A DNA stretch of 46,177 bases. It comes from a virus (Duplodnaviria > Caudoviricetes). The translations under genes were made by a program, and so were the position numbers. Below, piece by piece: positions 18,857 through 26,033 of this stretch; positions within the stretch are counted from its first letter, which is position 1, and each line of letters starts with the position of its first letter. Under the pieces are notes generated by a model that did no database searches, had not been told where the DNA came from, and was given only the letters and a program-made list of their open reading frames with translations. The DNA lies in the IMG/VR virus record IMGVR_UViG_3300037419_000912, positions 1-46,177 of that record; one strand, given 5' to 3'.

Positions 18857-19587
18857 CGCGTCTGCAACCAACGGTCGCCGGACGGCCCCTGCGCGGCCCG
18901 CAATGCGCCCTCCAGGCGTTCGCCGTGTTCCGCCGGGGCCTGGGGCTCGGCGTACTTGTCGCGCGGCCTGTGCGGGCAATCCGGGTGGCACAGCTCGACC
19001 GACACGCCGCAGCGGCAGAAACCGTCGAGCGGGGCCATTGCGAGGGGGGCGTTCGCCCCGTAGACGCAGACGTGCGGCGTTCCGTGTTGCGGGCAACCCT
19101 CGTCCTCGCACAGTGCCGGGTCGCTCAGGTCATGGGCGCGGACGCCCTCGGCGTCGTAGATGACGACCCGGCGCCAGTTCCAACCGGCTTCAAGGCCCCA
19201 GGGAGGCGCGTCGCCGCGCGTCAGGGAGTCCCAATCGGCGCCGTCCTTGTCGTGGACGGGAACGAGGTATTCCCGGCCCAGGGGAGGCACCGGCAGCGCG
19301 GCGAACGTTTCGCGCTCGACGCGGTCGATGGTTGCGCGGACGCCCTCGGCCTTGTCCGCCACGCGGGCGGGCTCGGCGTTCGGGAAGTGCCGGCCGGCGA
19401 GCGTGAGAACGTCGGTTTCCATGAGGACGAGCGCGGCCGACAGGTCGGCGGCTGCGGCCTCGCGCTGGCCCTCGTCCCACTGGATGGCGGGGGAGTGCAG
19501 GAGCGTATTCATTCGCCGCAGCGTGAGCGCGAGCGGGCCGGCGCCGGGGCTGTAGTTGGGGTGGCGGTCGAGGTTGGCGAGTTTCAC
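18853..19587 (-). CDS. Hypothetical protein with Cys/His-rich C-terminal half
   Basis: Coupled ORF; CEDEGCPQH, CRCG, CHPDCPH. Confidence 0.6.
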   Translation of the reverse strand: MKLANLDRHPNYSPGAGPLALTLRRMNTLLHSPAIQWDEGQREAAAADLSAALVLMETDVLTLAGRHFPNAEPARVADKAEGVRATIDRVERETFAALPVPPLGREYLVPVHDKDGADWDSLTRGDAPPWGLEAGWNWRRVVIYDAEGVRAHDLSDPALCEDEGCPQHGTPHVCVYGANAPLAMAPLDGFCRCGVSVELCHPDCPHRPRDKYAEPQAPAEHGERLEGALRAAQGPSGDRWLQTR

Positions 19588-19778
19588 GGCTTGACCTTTC
19601 GCAGCGTGCGGACGTTGGCGGGAGCCTCGACGGCCGGCGGCGTGGTCGGTGCCGGCGTGGGCGCGGGGGTGACGGTCAGGGCCTTTCGTGCCTTGGCGAA
19701 CGTCTTACGAATGTCCGTTGCCTCCGAACGGGTGTACGGGTGCGAACGGTCGATACGATGCGCGAGCGGAAATTTCAT
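19584..19778 (-). CDS. Small hypothetical protein
   Basis: ATGA-coupled; YTRSEATDIRKTFAKARK. Confidence 0.55.
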   Translation of the reverse strand: MKFPLAHRIDRSHPYTRSEATDIRKTFAKARKALTVTPAPTPAPTTPPAVEAPANVRTLRKVKP

Positions 19779-20011
19779 GGCCTCTGACCTCCTACGTTGT
19801 TGATTCTCAGGTTTCGGTAATACACGACCGTAAGGCCGATGTTCAAGGGCAGGAACCCCCAGGCGCCGGCCGCGAACGTGTACGCGGTCCAAAGGGCTTG
19901 CCCGGCGAGCGCCAGTTTCCAGCCGGCACGCGGGCGACCCCCGGCCAGCCACATGGCCCCGAGCGTCCACGCGGACAGGAGCCACGGGAGAACGACGACA
20001 GCGGCGCTCAT
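19775..20011 (-). CDS. Small membrane protein (PnuC-like half-transporter pattern)
   Basis: Three hydrophobic segments: WLAG...GWKLALAGQALW...GFLPLN...YYRN. Confidence 0.6.
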   Translation of the reverse strand: MSAAVVVLPWLLSAWTLGAMWLAGGRPRAGWKLALAGQALWTAYTFAAGAWGFLPLNIGLTVVYYRNLRINNVGGQRP

Positions 20012-20565
20012 CCCTGTTCCACGACGCGGCAGACGAGCGCATGGCCGTTGCCCAGGTCCACGGACGCAACGCGGTTGCCGAGGCACGCGATACCCAGGCG
20101 GCAGCGCAAGGCGTTGTCGAGGACGCCGCGAATCGTGGCCTCGCTCATGTTGCGCGGCGCACCGTCGGAGCCCCACACGGCCCGCGCGAGCCCGTCGAGG
20201 TCGTCGGTCACGTCCACGAGCGACGAGGCGGCCAGCTCGCCGCCGTGGCGCTGGGCGAGCTTGAGGTTAAACAGCTCCCAGGCGGCCGGGTGCATATGCG
20301 CCTCGCCGCTTTCGAACTTCGCCCAACGCGTGGCGCGCTCGTGGATGAGGGCGCCCGCCGCGCCGGGGGTGAGGTCGGCCGCGAGGCGCGCTTTCCGCAC
20401 CTGGGCAGGGGTCGGGACGGCGGCCACGTTGTTGCGGCTGCGGTTGGCGTGGTTGAGGGTCGGCATGGGTTGGAAGTCGGCAGGGATTGAGGGCACGTCG
20501 CCGTAAACGTCGGGCTCGTGAGCGGTTGCGGTCAGAATGGGGCGGCGCAGGATGCGAGACAACAC
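20008..20565 (-). CDS. XRE-like HTH protein
   Basis: PTPAQVRKARLAADLT...AA.LI...WAKFESG...MHPAAWELF. Confidence 0.7.
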   Translation of the reverse strand: MLSRILRRPILTATAHEPDVYGDVPSIPADFQPMPTLNHANRSRNNVAAVPTPAQVRKARLAADLTPGAAGALIHERATRWAKFESGEAHMHPAAWELFNLKLAQRHGGELAASSLVDVTDDLDGLARAVWGSDGAPRNMSEATIRGVLDNALRCRLGIACLGNRVASVDLGNGHALVCRVVEQG

Positions 20566-20571
20566 GGGGCG

Positions 20572-20898
20572 TTACTCCTGGGGAAGTCCGTAATACTCGG
20601 GCGTCGCGGCTTTGATGGCCTCGACCACGTCTTGGCGGATGGCGAGCAACCGGCCGTCTTGCAGCTCGGGCGGCAGTTCGGCGAGGTAGGGCGCCACGCG
20701 TTGCAGGGCAAGCGCCATGCGGCGCGCGTTGGCGATGAGGCGGGCGTTCGCGCGCTGTTCCGCGAGCGTGCCACGGGCGCAGACCATCGCAATGGCCGGC
20801 GTGCCGACTTGGTCGCCCTTGCGGCGAATGTAGGGGGCGGCGCGCTTGTCGTGGCCGCCAACGTGGAACCATTCGCCGTCAGTATGTTGCAGGGCCAT
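20572..20898 (-). CDS. Hypothetical phage protein
   Basis: GGAG RBS; HT.G.W...EQRANARLIA.A pattern. Confidence 0.7.
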   Translation of the reverse strand: MALQHTDGEWFHVGGHDKRAAPYIRRKGDQVGTPAIAMVCARGTLAEQRANARLIANARRMALALQRVAPYLAELPPELQDGRLLAIRQDVVEAIKAATPEYYGLPQE

Positions 20899-20904
20899 GG
20901 CGTA

Positions 20905-21372
20905 TTACTCCGACAGATACTTGCGAATCTCGCGGGCGAGCTTGCCGCGACCGCTTGCGCCGCAGTACGGCAGGCGACGCGCGTAATAGTCGCCGACGGC
21001 CTCGTTCTTGGCCTTGGCCTGGGCGATGAGCGCCGGCAGTTCGGCGGTAACGGCTTCGTCCTTGGCGTGGCGCTTGGCGCGCTGGAACTCCCGATATTCG
21101 GCCGAGTTCTTGATGCCGGCGACTAGGCCCGCGTCGCCGATTTTCTCGGCGCAGTCCATGCCAACCTCGTGGCGCTTGCCGTCGGCCGATTCGATAACGG
21201 CGGCGTACTTGTTGGGGGTGCCGCAATAGTTGCAGGAGCCGTCGCGGCAAACGTATGACACGCAGCGGAACGGGGCTTTCCCCATGCCGGCACGTTCGAA
21301 CAGGTGTTGCCCCTTGAGGGCTTCGGCGTCTTTGCGGCCGTACTCTATTTCGAACTCGCGGGAACCTTGCAT
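20905..21372 (-). CDS. Hypothetical early protein (Cys-containing, possibly Zn-binding)
   Basis: CAGGAG RBS from the repeat cassette; CNYCG...VGMDC. Confidence 0.75.
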   Translation of the reverse strand: MQGSREFEIEYGRKDAEALKGQHLFERAGMGKAPFRCVSYVCRDGSCNYCGTPNKYAAVIESADGKRHEVGMDCAEKIGDAGLVAGIKNSAEYREFQRAKRHAKDEAVTAELPALIAQAKAKNEAVGDYYARRLPYCGASGRGKLAREIRKYLSE

Positions 21373-21380
21373 TTGTCTAT

Positions 21381-21461
21381 CTCCTGCCCCTGTGACCCGA
21401 GGCGCGGTATGGGATGGATTATGAACCCGTATAACGAGTCGTCAACTACCGTTCGTCGGAT
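21381..21461 (-). repeat. Early promoter/leader cassette, copy 1
   Basis: Blocks ctcctgcccctgtgacccgaggcgcggtatggg and caactaccgttcgtcggat; minus strand TTGACG-16-CATAAT. Confidence 0.85.
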
Positions 21462-21832
21462 GGTTGCCGCTGTTCGTCGCGGCAAGGGTTCATGCGGTGG
21501 GCGTGTTCCAACGCCTCCCGCGTATAACGGTGCGCCCCTGGGTAGCGCGTTGCCATATCGCCGCCGTACTCGCGCACCATGAACGTTAGACGCTCCTGCA
21601 AGTCGGCGTGCGACACGCGCAGCGCATCGCGGGGGCTGTGGCCGTTGGCGATGGCCCGCGCCTCGCCCACGAGCTGGGCCAACATGCCGGCGCCGATGCG
21701 TTCGGGGCCGGGGGCGTCGGGGTTGAGCATCGCGACGCGCTCGGCCAGTTGAAACGCCGCCGCAAGCTCGGGGCAAGCCGCGAGGGCCAGTTGCCGCAGC
21801 TCGGGCGGCGTAAGAGGTCGGCTGTTCGGCAT
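21446..21832 (-). CDS. Hypothetical protein
   Basis: AGGAG RBS; ends SDER-stop inside the cassette. Confidence 0.7.
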   Translation of the reverse strand: MPNSRPLTPPELRQLALAACPELAAAFQLAERVAMLNPDAPGPERIGAGMLAQLVGEARAIANGHSPRDALRVSHADLQERLTFMVREYGGDMATRYPGAHRYTREALEHAHRMNPCRDEQRQPSDER

Positions 21833-21865
21833 GCTGGTTTCTCCTGTAGGCATGGCGGGCGTGTG

Positions 21866-21896
21866 ATTGTAGCGCGTCAGTTGACGAAACCGTCAA
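21866..21896 (-). promoter_or_regulatory. Promoter with a perfect TTGACG-N4-CGTCAA palindrome
   Basis: TTGACGAAACCGTCAA at 21881-21896; minus strand TTGACG-19bp-TACAAT. Confidence 0.55.
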
Positions 21897-22210
21897 TTGT
21901 CGGGGTCGGCCTTGGGCCGCCACGACTCAAGGCAAATCCAACGGGCGCCGCAGACGCTGCAACCGTCACCCTTGCGCGCGTTCGGGCACGGGCGGACCTT
22001 GCCGCTTTGAATCTCGGCGGCCTGGGCCGGCGTGAGCGTGTCGCCGCCGGCAACCTCAACGACGACCGTTGCGCCCGTGTGGTTGGTTGCCGACCATCGC
22101 ACGGGGTAGCCCTCCCCCTGGCGGGCCACGAGCCGCACGAGGCGGGTACGCAACGAGCGGCCGTCGCGCAACAGGTGCCACACGTCGGCGCCGTAATACG
22201 GGCGGGGCAT
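21893..22210 (-). CDS. Hypothetical protein with C-terminal Cys cluster
   Basis: AGGAG RBS; CPN...CSVCG...C. Confidence 0.6.
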   Translation of the reverse strand: MPRPYYGADVWHLLRDGRSLRTRLVRLVARQGEGYPVRWSATNHTGATVVVEVAGGDTLTPAQAAEIQSGKVRPCPNARKGDGCSVCGARWICLESWRPKADPDN

Positions 22211-22215
22211 GGCTG

Positions 22216-22551
22216 TTACTCCTGGGCCGCCGGCGGCTGGCACGCGTCGAACGCGGCTTGCAGCTTGGCCGTGAGCGCGCGGTACTTTTCGCGCTCGTGT
22301 TCCGCCTCCTGGCGTGCGATGGCCGCGCCGTACAGCTTGGCCTCGGCCTCCGTCGGAAAGAGCCATTCGGTCGTGTAGTAGTTGGTCGGCCCCTTGCCGT
22401 TCGCGCGGCCCTCAATGCCGCAGGGAACGCCGTTGATGGTCGTTTGCGAGGGACCGACGGGCACGACGCGCACGGGGCCTTTGCCGGCACGCACGCGGGC
22501 GCGGTCGATGGCCCACACTTCGGCGGGCAGGTTGTTGGGGTCGATGTTCAT
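22216..22551 (-). CDS. Hypothetical protein
   Basis: CAGGAG RBS; coding-like composition. Confidence 0.7.
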   Translation of the reverse strand: MNIDPNNLPAEVWAIDRARVRAGKGPVRVVPVGPSQTTINGVPCGIEGRANGKGPTNYYTTEWLFPTEAEAKLYGAAIARQEAEHEREKYRALTAKLQAAFDACQPPAAQE

Positions 22552-22585
22552 TGCGGCAGCTCCTGGCCCCGTGGGGCCGTGGGGT

Positions 22586-22888
22586 TTACAGGGAAGTGCG
22601 GAGGCCGGTCATTCCTTCGAACGCGGCGCGGAGTTGGTCGGCGAAAACGTCGTTCGCCGTGTCGAGCGTGGCGACCTTGCCGGCGCGGACCTTGAGGGTT
22701 TCGACGCGGTACAGGTCGGCGTCGGTGAGGGTGACGCGGACGTGAGTAACGCCCTTGTCGTTGCGGCCGACTTTCAAGGTCAGCGACCCGCGCTCGCGTT
22801 CACTGTCCGACACGAGGTTAGACGCGCCCGTCATGACGACGAACCGTTGGCCGCCGAGTTGCGCGAGGATGGTTTGTGCGACTTGCAT
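22586..22888 (-). CDS. Conserved-looking hypothetical phage protein
   Basis: VAQTILAQLGG..F..MTGA...D.Y...DV..DQL...FE..TGL.TSL pattern; cassette RBS. Confidence 0.8.
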   Translation of the reverse strand: MQVAQTILAQLGGQRFVVMTGASNLVSDSERERGSLTLKVGRNDKGVTHVRVTLTDADLYRVETLKVRAGKVATLDTANDVFADQLRAAFEGMTGLRTSL

Positions 22889-22896
22889 TTGCTTTG

Positions 22897-22977
22897 CTCC
22901 TGCCCCTGTGACCCGAGGCGCGGTATGGGTGTAATGTAATACAGGTTCAATCGACCTGCAACTACCGTTCGTCGGAT
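22897..22977 (-). repeat. Early promoter/leader cassette, copy 2
   Basis: Same two conserved blocks; minus strand TTGCAG-17-TACATT. Confidence 0.85.
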
Positions 22978-23207
22978 GAAACCGTAATACGCCCGTCGCG
23001 CGTGAGGCCCAGCGATACGCCCTCGGCTTGCATCAATGCCTCGTGGAACATATCGGCCCGCGCGTCAGCCGCTGCGGCGTCCGACTCTGCACGCTCGCAA
23101 CGTTCGCGGAGGCGTTCGTTCTCGGCCTCCAGTTCGGCCGCCCATTCCCGCAAGTGCAGGAGTTCCCAGGCGTGCAGCTTGCGACGCACGGCCGCAGCGG
23201 TTGCCAT
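22962..23207 (-). CDS. Small coiled-coil hypothetical protein
   Basis: Ends SDER-stop inside the cassette. Confidence 0.65.
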   Translation of the reverse strand: MATAAAVRRKLHAWELLHLREWAAELEAENERLRERCERAESDAAAADARADMFHEALMQAEGVSLGLTRDGRITVSSDER

Positions 23208-23209
23208 GG

Positions 23210-23683
23210 TCAGCGAGCGCGGCTAATGCTGATCGCGCCCTCGCGCGCCAGCTCAAGGGCCATCGTCGCGCCGCGCTCAGCCAGTGCCTTGGCCTGGGCC
23301 ATCAGCTTGGGGTGGCCGACGCGCAAGCCGTCCTCGACCTGGGCGACGCTGCAACCGTGGATTTTCGCGAGCGATTCAATGATGCCGGCGACGAGGCAGT
23401 CCGCGACGGCGCGCAGCTTGGCGGGGTCGATGCTCGCCGGGAGGTCGGCGTACTGCGGCTCGGCGTCGCCCTCCAAGTCGTCGGCGCCGACAATGGGCGC
23501 CATGCTGTAGGAGCCCCAGGGCTTGACCTGTTCCACGCCGTTGTAAACGCTAATCCGCAGGGTCTTGCCCTCGCTCGTGGTCAGCGTGTGAGCCGTGCGG
23601 CGGGCGACGGTAACGCGAATGATGGTGTCATGGTCGCAGACGCTGCGGGTTGCGTAGGTCTTGCCGGATTCGAACTTAGCCAT
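23210..23683 (-). CDS. Hypothetical early protein
   Basis: CAGGAG RBS from the cassette; KFESGKTYATRSVCDH. Confidence 0.75.
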   Translation of the reverse strand: MAKFESGKTYATRSVCDHDTIIRVTVARRTAHTLTTSEGKTLRISVYNGVEQVKPWGSYSMAPIVGADDLEGDAEPQYADLPASIDPAKLRAVADCLVAGIIESLAKIHGCSVAQVEDGLRVGHPKLMAQAKALAERGATMALELAREGAISISRAR

Positions 23684-23691
23684 GGTCGTTG

Positions 23692-23775
23692 CTCCTGCCC
23701 CTGTGAACCGAGGCGCGTTGTCGATGGGTGAATTATGAACGCGTTATACGTTGCGTCAACTACCGTTCGTCGGAT
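23692..23775 (-). repeat. Early promoter/leader cassette, copy 3
   Basis: ctcctgcccctgtgaaccgaggcgcg and caactaccgttcgtcggat; minus strand TTGACG-16-CATAAT. Confidence 0.85.
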
Positions 23776-23785
23776 TGAACGCGTA

Positions 23786-24247
23786 TTACGTCGGCCCGCC
23801 CTTGTCCATGCGGTCGAGGGGTGACGGGTTCGCGGGCTCGGCGCCAACGCCCGGCGGCGTCCCGTCCTGCCCGTTGCGTGCGGCGGCCAACCATGCCGGC
23901 AGCGGGAACGCCCCCGGCGCGGCCACGGGCGGCAGCTCCTGGGCGACCACGGCTTGCGACGCCTGCGGTTGCCGGCCTCGTTGCAGGTCGAGGGCTTGGC
24001 AAAATGCCAGCGCGGCGGCGTGGTCGTCGGGGTGCAGCCGATAGGTAAACAGCCGGCCGCCGGTCGTGTCGGGCGTCTTGGCCTGCCGCAACGTCGCCGC
24101 TAATTGCCGGTTGTTGTCCTTGAGACATTCCGAGCAATTGCCGGTAGACGTGTAGCGGTCGGCGACGTGCCCGTTACGACACGGTCGGCCCGTGTTGTAC
24201 CGAGTGAGGCCAGCGGCTGCGGCGGCTAGACGGGTCGTTGCGGTCAT
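23786..24247 (-). CDS. Hypothetical protein with N-terminal Cys/His Zn-binding motif
   Basis: RYNTGRPCRNGHVADRYTSTGNCSEC. Confidence 0.7.
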   Translation of the reverse strand: MTATTRLAAAAAGLTRYNTGRPCRNGHVADRYTSTGNCSECLKDNNRQLAATLRQAKTPDTTGGRLFTYRLHPDDHAAALAFCQALDLQRGRQPQASQAVVAQELPPVAAPGAFPLPAWLAAARNGQDGTPPGVGAEPANPSPLDRMDKGGPT

Positions 24248-24249
24248 AA

Positions 24250-24531
24250 GCGGGATTGTATCATACTCGCCGCCGGTTAAGGGGTGCAAGCAAAATCAAG
24301 GGGTTAGCGCGAGTATGATGCTAACCGGAGGCGGGCGCAGTCCTCTACGGTAAATAATATGAGTATGAGTGCAGGTATGATATTGTAGACATAGCTGTAA
24401 TGTTGGTGGCTCTTACTACCCTACTTTTCCGGTTAGAGAGTTAAGAGAGTAGAAAAGGTAAGAGAATCAAGGACTTAGGAGTAACCGGACTTTCGGTTGA
24501 CTAACCGGGAAGCCGGGTAAGAGGTAAAACC
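24250..24531. promoter_or_regulatory. AT-rich divergent intergenic region with two IHF-consensus sites and short repeats (candidate origin, pac site or switch)
   Basis: WATCAANNNNTTR at 24294-24306 and 24465-24477; several TAACCGG/CCGGTTA and GAGTATGA copies. Confidence 0.6.
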
Positions 24532-25320
24532 ATGGCGGAAATTGTCTTGGCTGGGAAACAGCCGGTATTTGTGGCTGAGTACGTGGCAAACGAGCTGGCC
24601 GGGAGCCCGTTAACGTTGCACGAGGTAGCCGTTAAAGCGGGATACGCCCCCAAGTCCGCGAGCGTGACGGCCTCCCAGCTCCTGGCCGACCCTAAAATTA
24701 CCCAGGCAATTTCCGAGCGTAAACGTTTACTCGCCGAACAGGCCGCCGGGCAAATCGACGTGGACGCCCTGCGCGTATTACGGGAATGGGCGGAAATTGC
24801 GACCGCCGACCCGACCGACGTTGTCACCGTGCGCCGCCTCAACTGCCGGCATTGCTGGGGCTTTCAGTTCAAGTACCAACGCACCGACGCCGAGTACGCC
24901 AAGGAATGCGCCGAGGAAATGCAAATGGCGTCGGCGATGGGGCGCGACGCGGAGCTAGACCAATTCGGCGGCGGCAACGGCTTTCGTCATACGCGCGAGC
25001 CGAACCCCGATTGCCCCGAGTGCGACGGCGAGGGCGTCGAGGACGTGTTTATCCGCGACCTCCGCAAGCTCAAGGGGCCGGCGCGCAAGCTGATTGCCGG
25101 CGTCAAGAACGGCAAGTTCGGAATTGAGGTCATGTTTCGCGACCAAGACGCGGCGTTGCGGAACCTCGCGCAATACCTGGGCCTGTTGGTAAACAAGAAC
25201 GAACACACGGGCGCCAACGGCGGCCCCATCAAGACCGAGAACGCGAACGTAAACTACCAACTGCCAGCCGACCCGGTCGAGGCCGCGCGGCAATATCAAT
25301 TGCTCATGGAGGGGAAGTAA
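24532..25320 (+). CDS. terS: Terminase small subunit with a Cys-rich insertion
   Basis: FVAEY...A.KAGY...A...AS.LL..P.I motif; ends EHTGANGGPIK; upstream of terL. Confidence 0.85.
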   Translation: MAEIVLAGKQPVFVAEYVANELAGSPLTLHEVAVKAGYAPKSASVTASQLLADPKITQAISERKRLLAEQAAGQIDVDALRVLREWAEIATADPTDVVTVRRLNCRHCWGFQFKYQRTDAEYAKECAEEMQMASAMGRDAELDQFGGGNGFRHTREPNPDCPECDGEGVEDVFIRDLRKLKGPARKLIAGVKNGKFGIEVMFRDQDAALRNLAQYLGLLVNKNEHTGANGGPIKTENANVNYQLPADPVEAARQYQLLMEGK

Positions 25321-25635
25321 ATGACAGCGTATTACGCAGGCGTGGCAACCGTGGCCGTCGCCGCCCTGTTCCTGTCGCGCCGGGCGCAGCTCTTGGCCCT
25401 CGTGCCCCTCATCGCCATTACCTGCGGGCTCAACGCGGCCACGCGGGGCGCCTACGGGCTGCGGGGGACGTTCTCGGCACGCGCCGGCCGCAGCTTGCCC
25501 AGGTGCGCCCGCGCCATCGACGCAGCCTTTCGCCTCCTTGGGCAGACGGGGCACTGTGCGGCCCAGGTCAAGACGGAGGACGCCTACGGCGGCAACGTGT
25601 GGCACGCGTGGGCCGCAGCCTGGGGGCGCGCATGA
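25321..25635 (+). CDS. Small membrane-associated hypothetical protein
   Basis: Hydrophobic N-terminus; abuts terS. Confidence 0.55.
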   Translation: MTAYYAGVATVAVAALFLSRRAQLLALVPLIAITCGLNAATRGAYGLRGTFSARAGRSLPRCARAIDAAFRLLGQTGHCAAQVKTEDAYGGNVWHAWAAAWGRA

Positions 25636-25907
25636 CCGACACGCAACTACTCGTCGCCCTCGTCCTCGGGCAATACCTCTGCGCGGTCGTCGCCGTCGCG
25701 GCAATCAACGCATGGAACATTCGCCGCCGGGTCGTGCGGCTCCTGTGGGGCTCCGACCGCATCGCCGCGCGCATGGCGCGTTGGCTGCGTCGCGGGAACC
25801 GCTGTTTCTCGTGCGCCTCCCCAATGACGGAGGACGAGCGCGAGTATTACGGCACGTCCTGCAACCGCTGCGAGGCCCGCGCCTGCGTCGAGCGTCACCA
25901 CGTATGA
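25632..25907 (+). CDS. Small hypothetical protein (TM segment plus two CxxC pairs)
   Basis: ATGA-coupled; CFSC...CNRC. Confidence 0.55.
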   Translation: MTDTQLLVALVLGQYLCAVVAVAAINAWNIRRRVVRLLWGSDRIAARMARWLRRGNRCFSCASPMTEDEREYYGTSCNRCEARACVERHHV

Positions 25908-26029
25908 CCGACGCTTGGTACGACGACTGCGACGGCGATTACCGGCGTATTACGGCCGCCCCGAGCGACCACGCCCCGCCGCCCGAGGACGAGGACGCCG
26001 ACAAGCTGGCCGAGCGCGACGACAATTAG
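25904..26029 (+). CDS. Small acidic hypothetical peptide (41 aa)
   Basis: ATGA-coupled; ends 4 nt before terL. Confidence 0.4.
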   Translation: MTDAWYDDCDGDYRRITAAPSDHAPPPEDEDADKLAERDDN

Positions 26030-26033
26030 CCCC

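Noticed and set aside
15341-20565. Lysogeny module based on the TetR and XRE regulators
   Set aside because: No integrase, ParA or cI/cro-like divergent pair was found; lifestyle cannot be fixed from these genes
21381-23775. CRISPR array or integron attC sites
   Set aside because: The repeats are 0.8-1.5 kb apart, contain promoter and RBS elements and lack attC structure; there is no cas operon or integrase
23760-24137. ORF ending in SDER at cassette copy 3
   Set aside because: It overlaps the better-supported 23786-24247 gene in another frame and has Arg/Gly/Ala shadow composition
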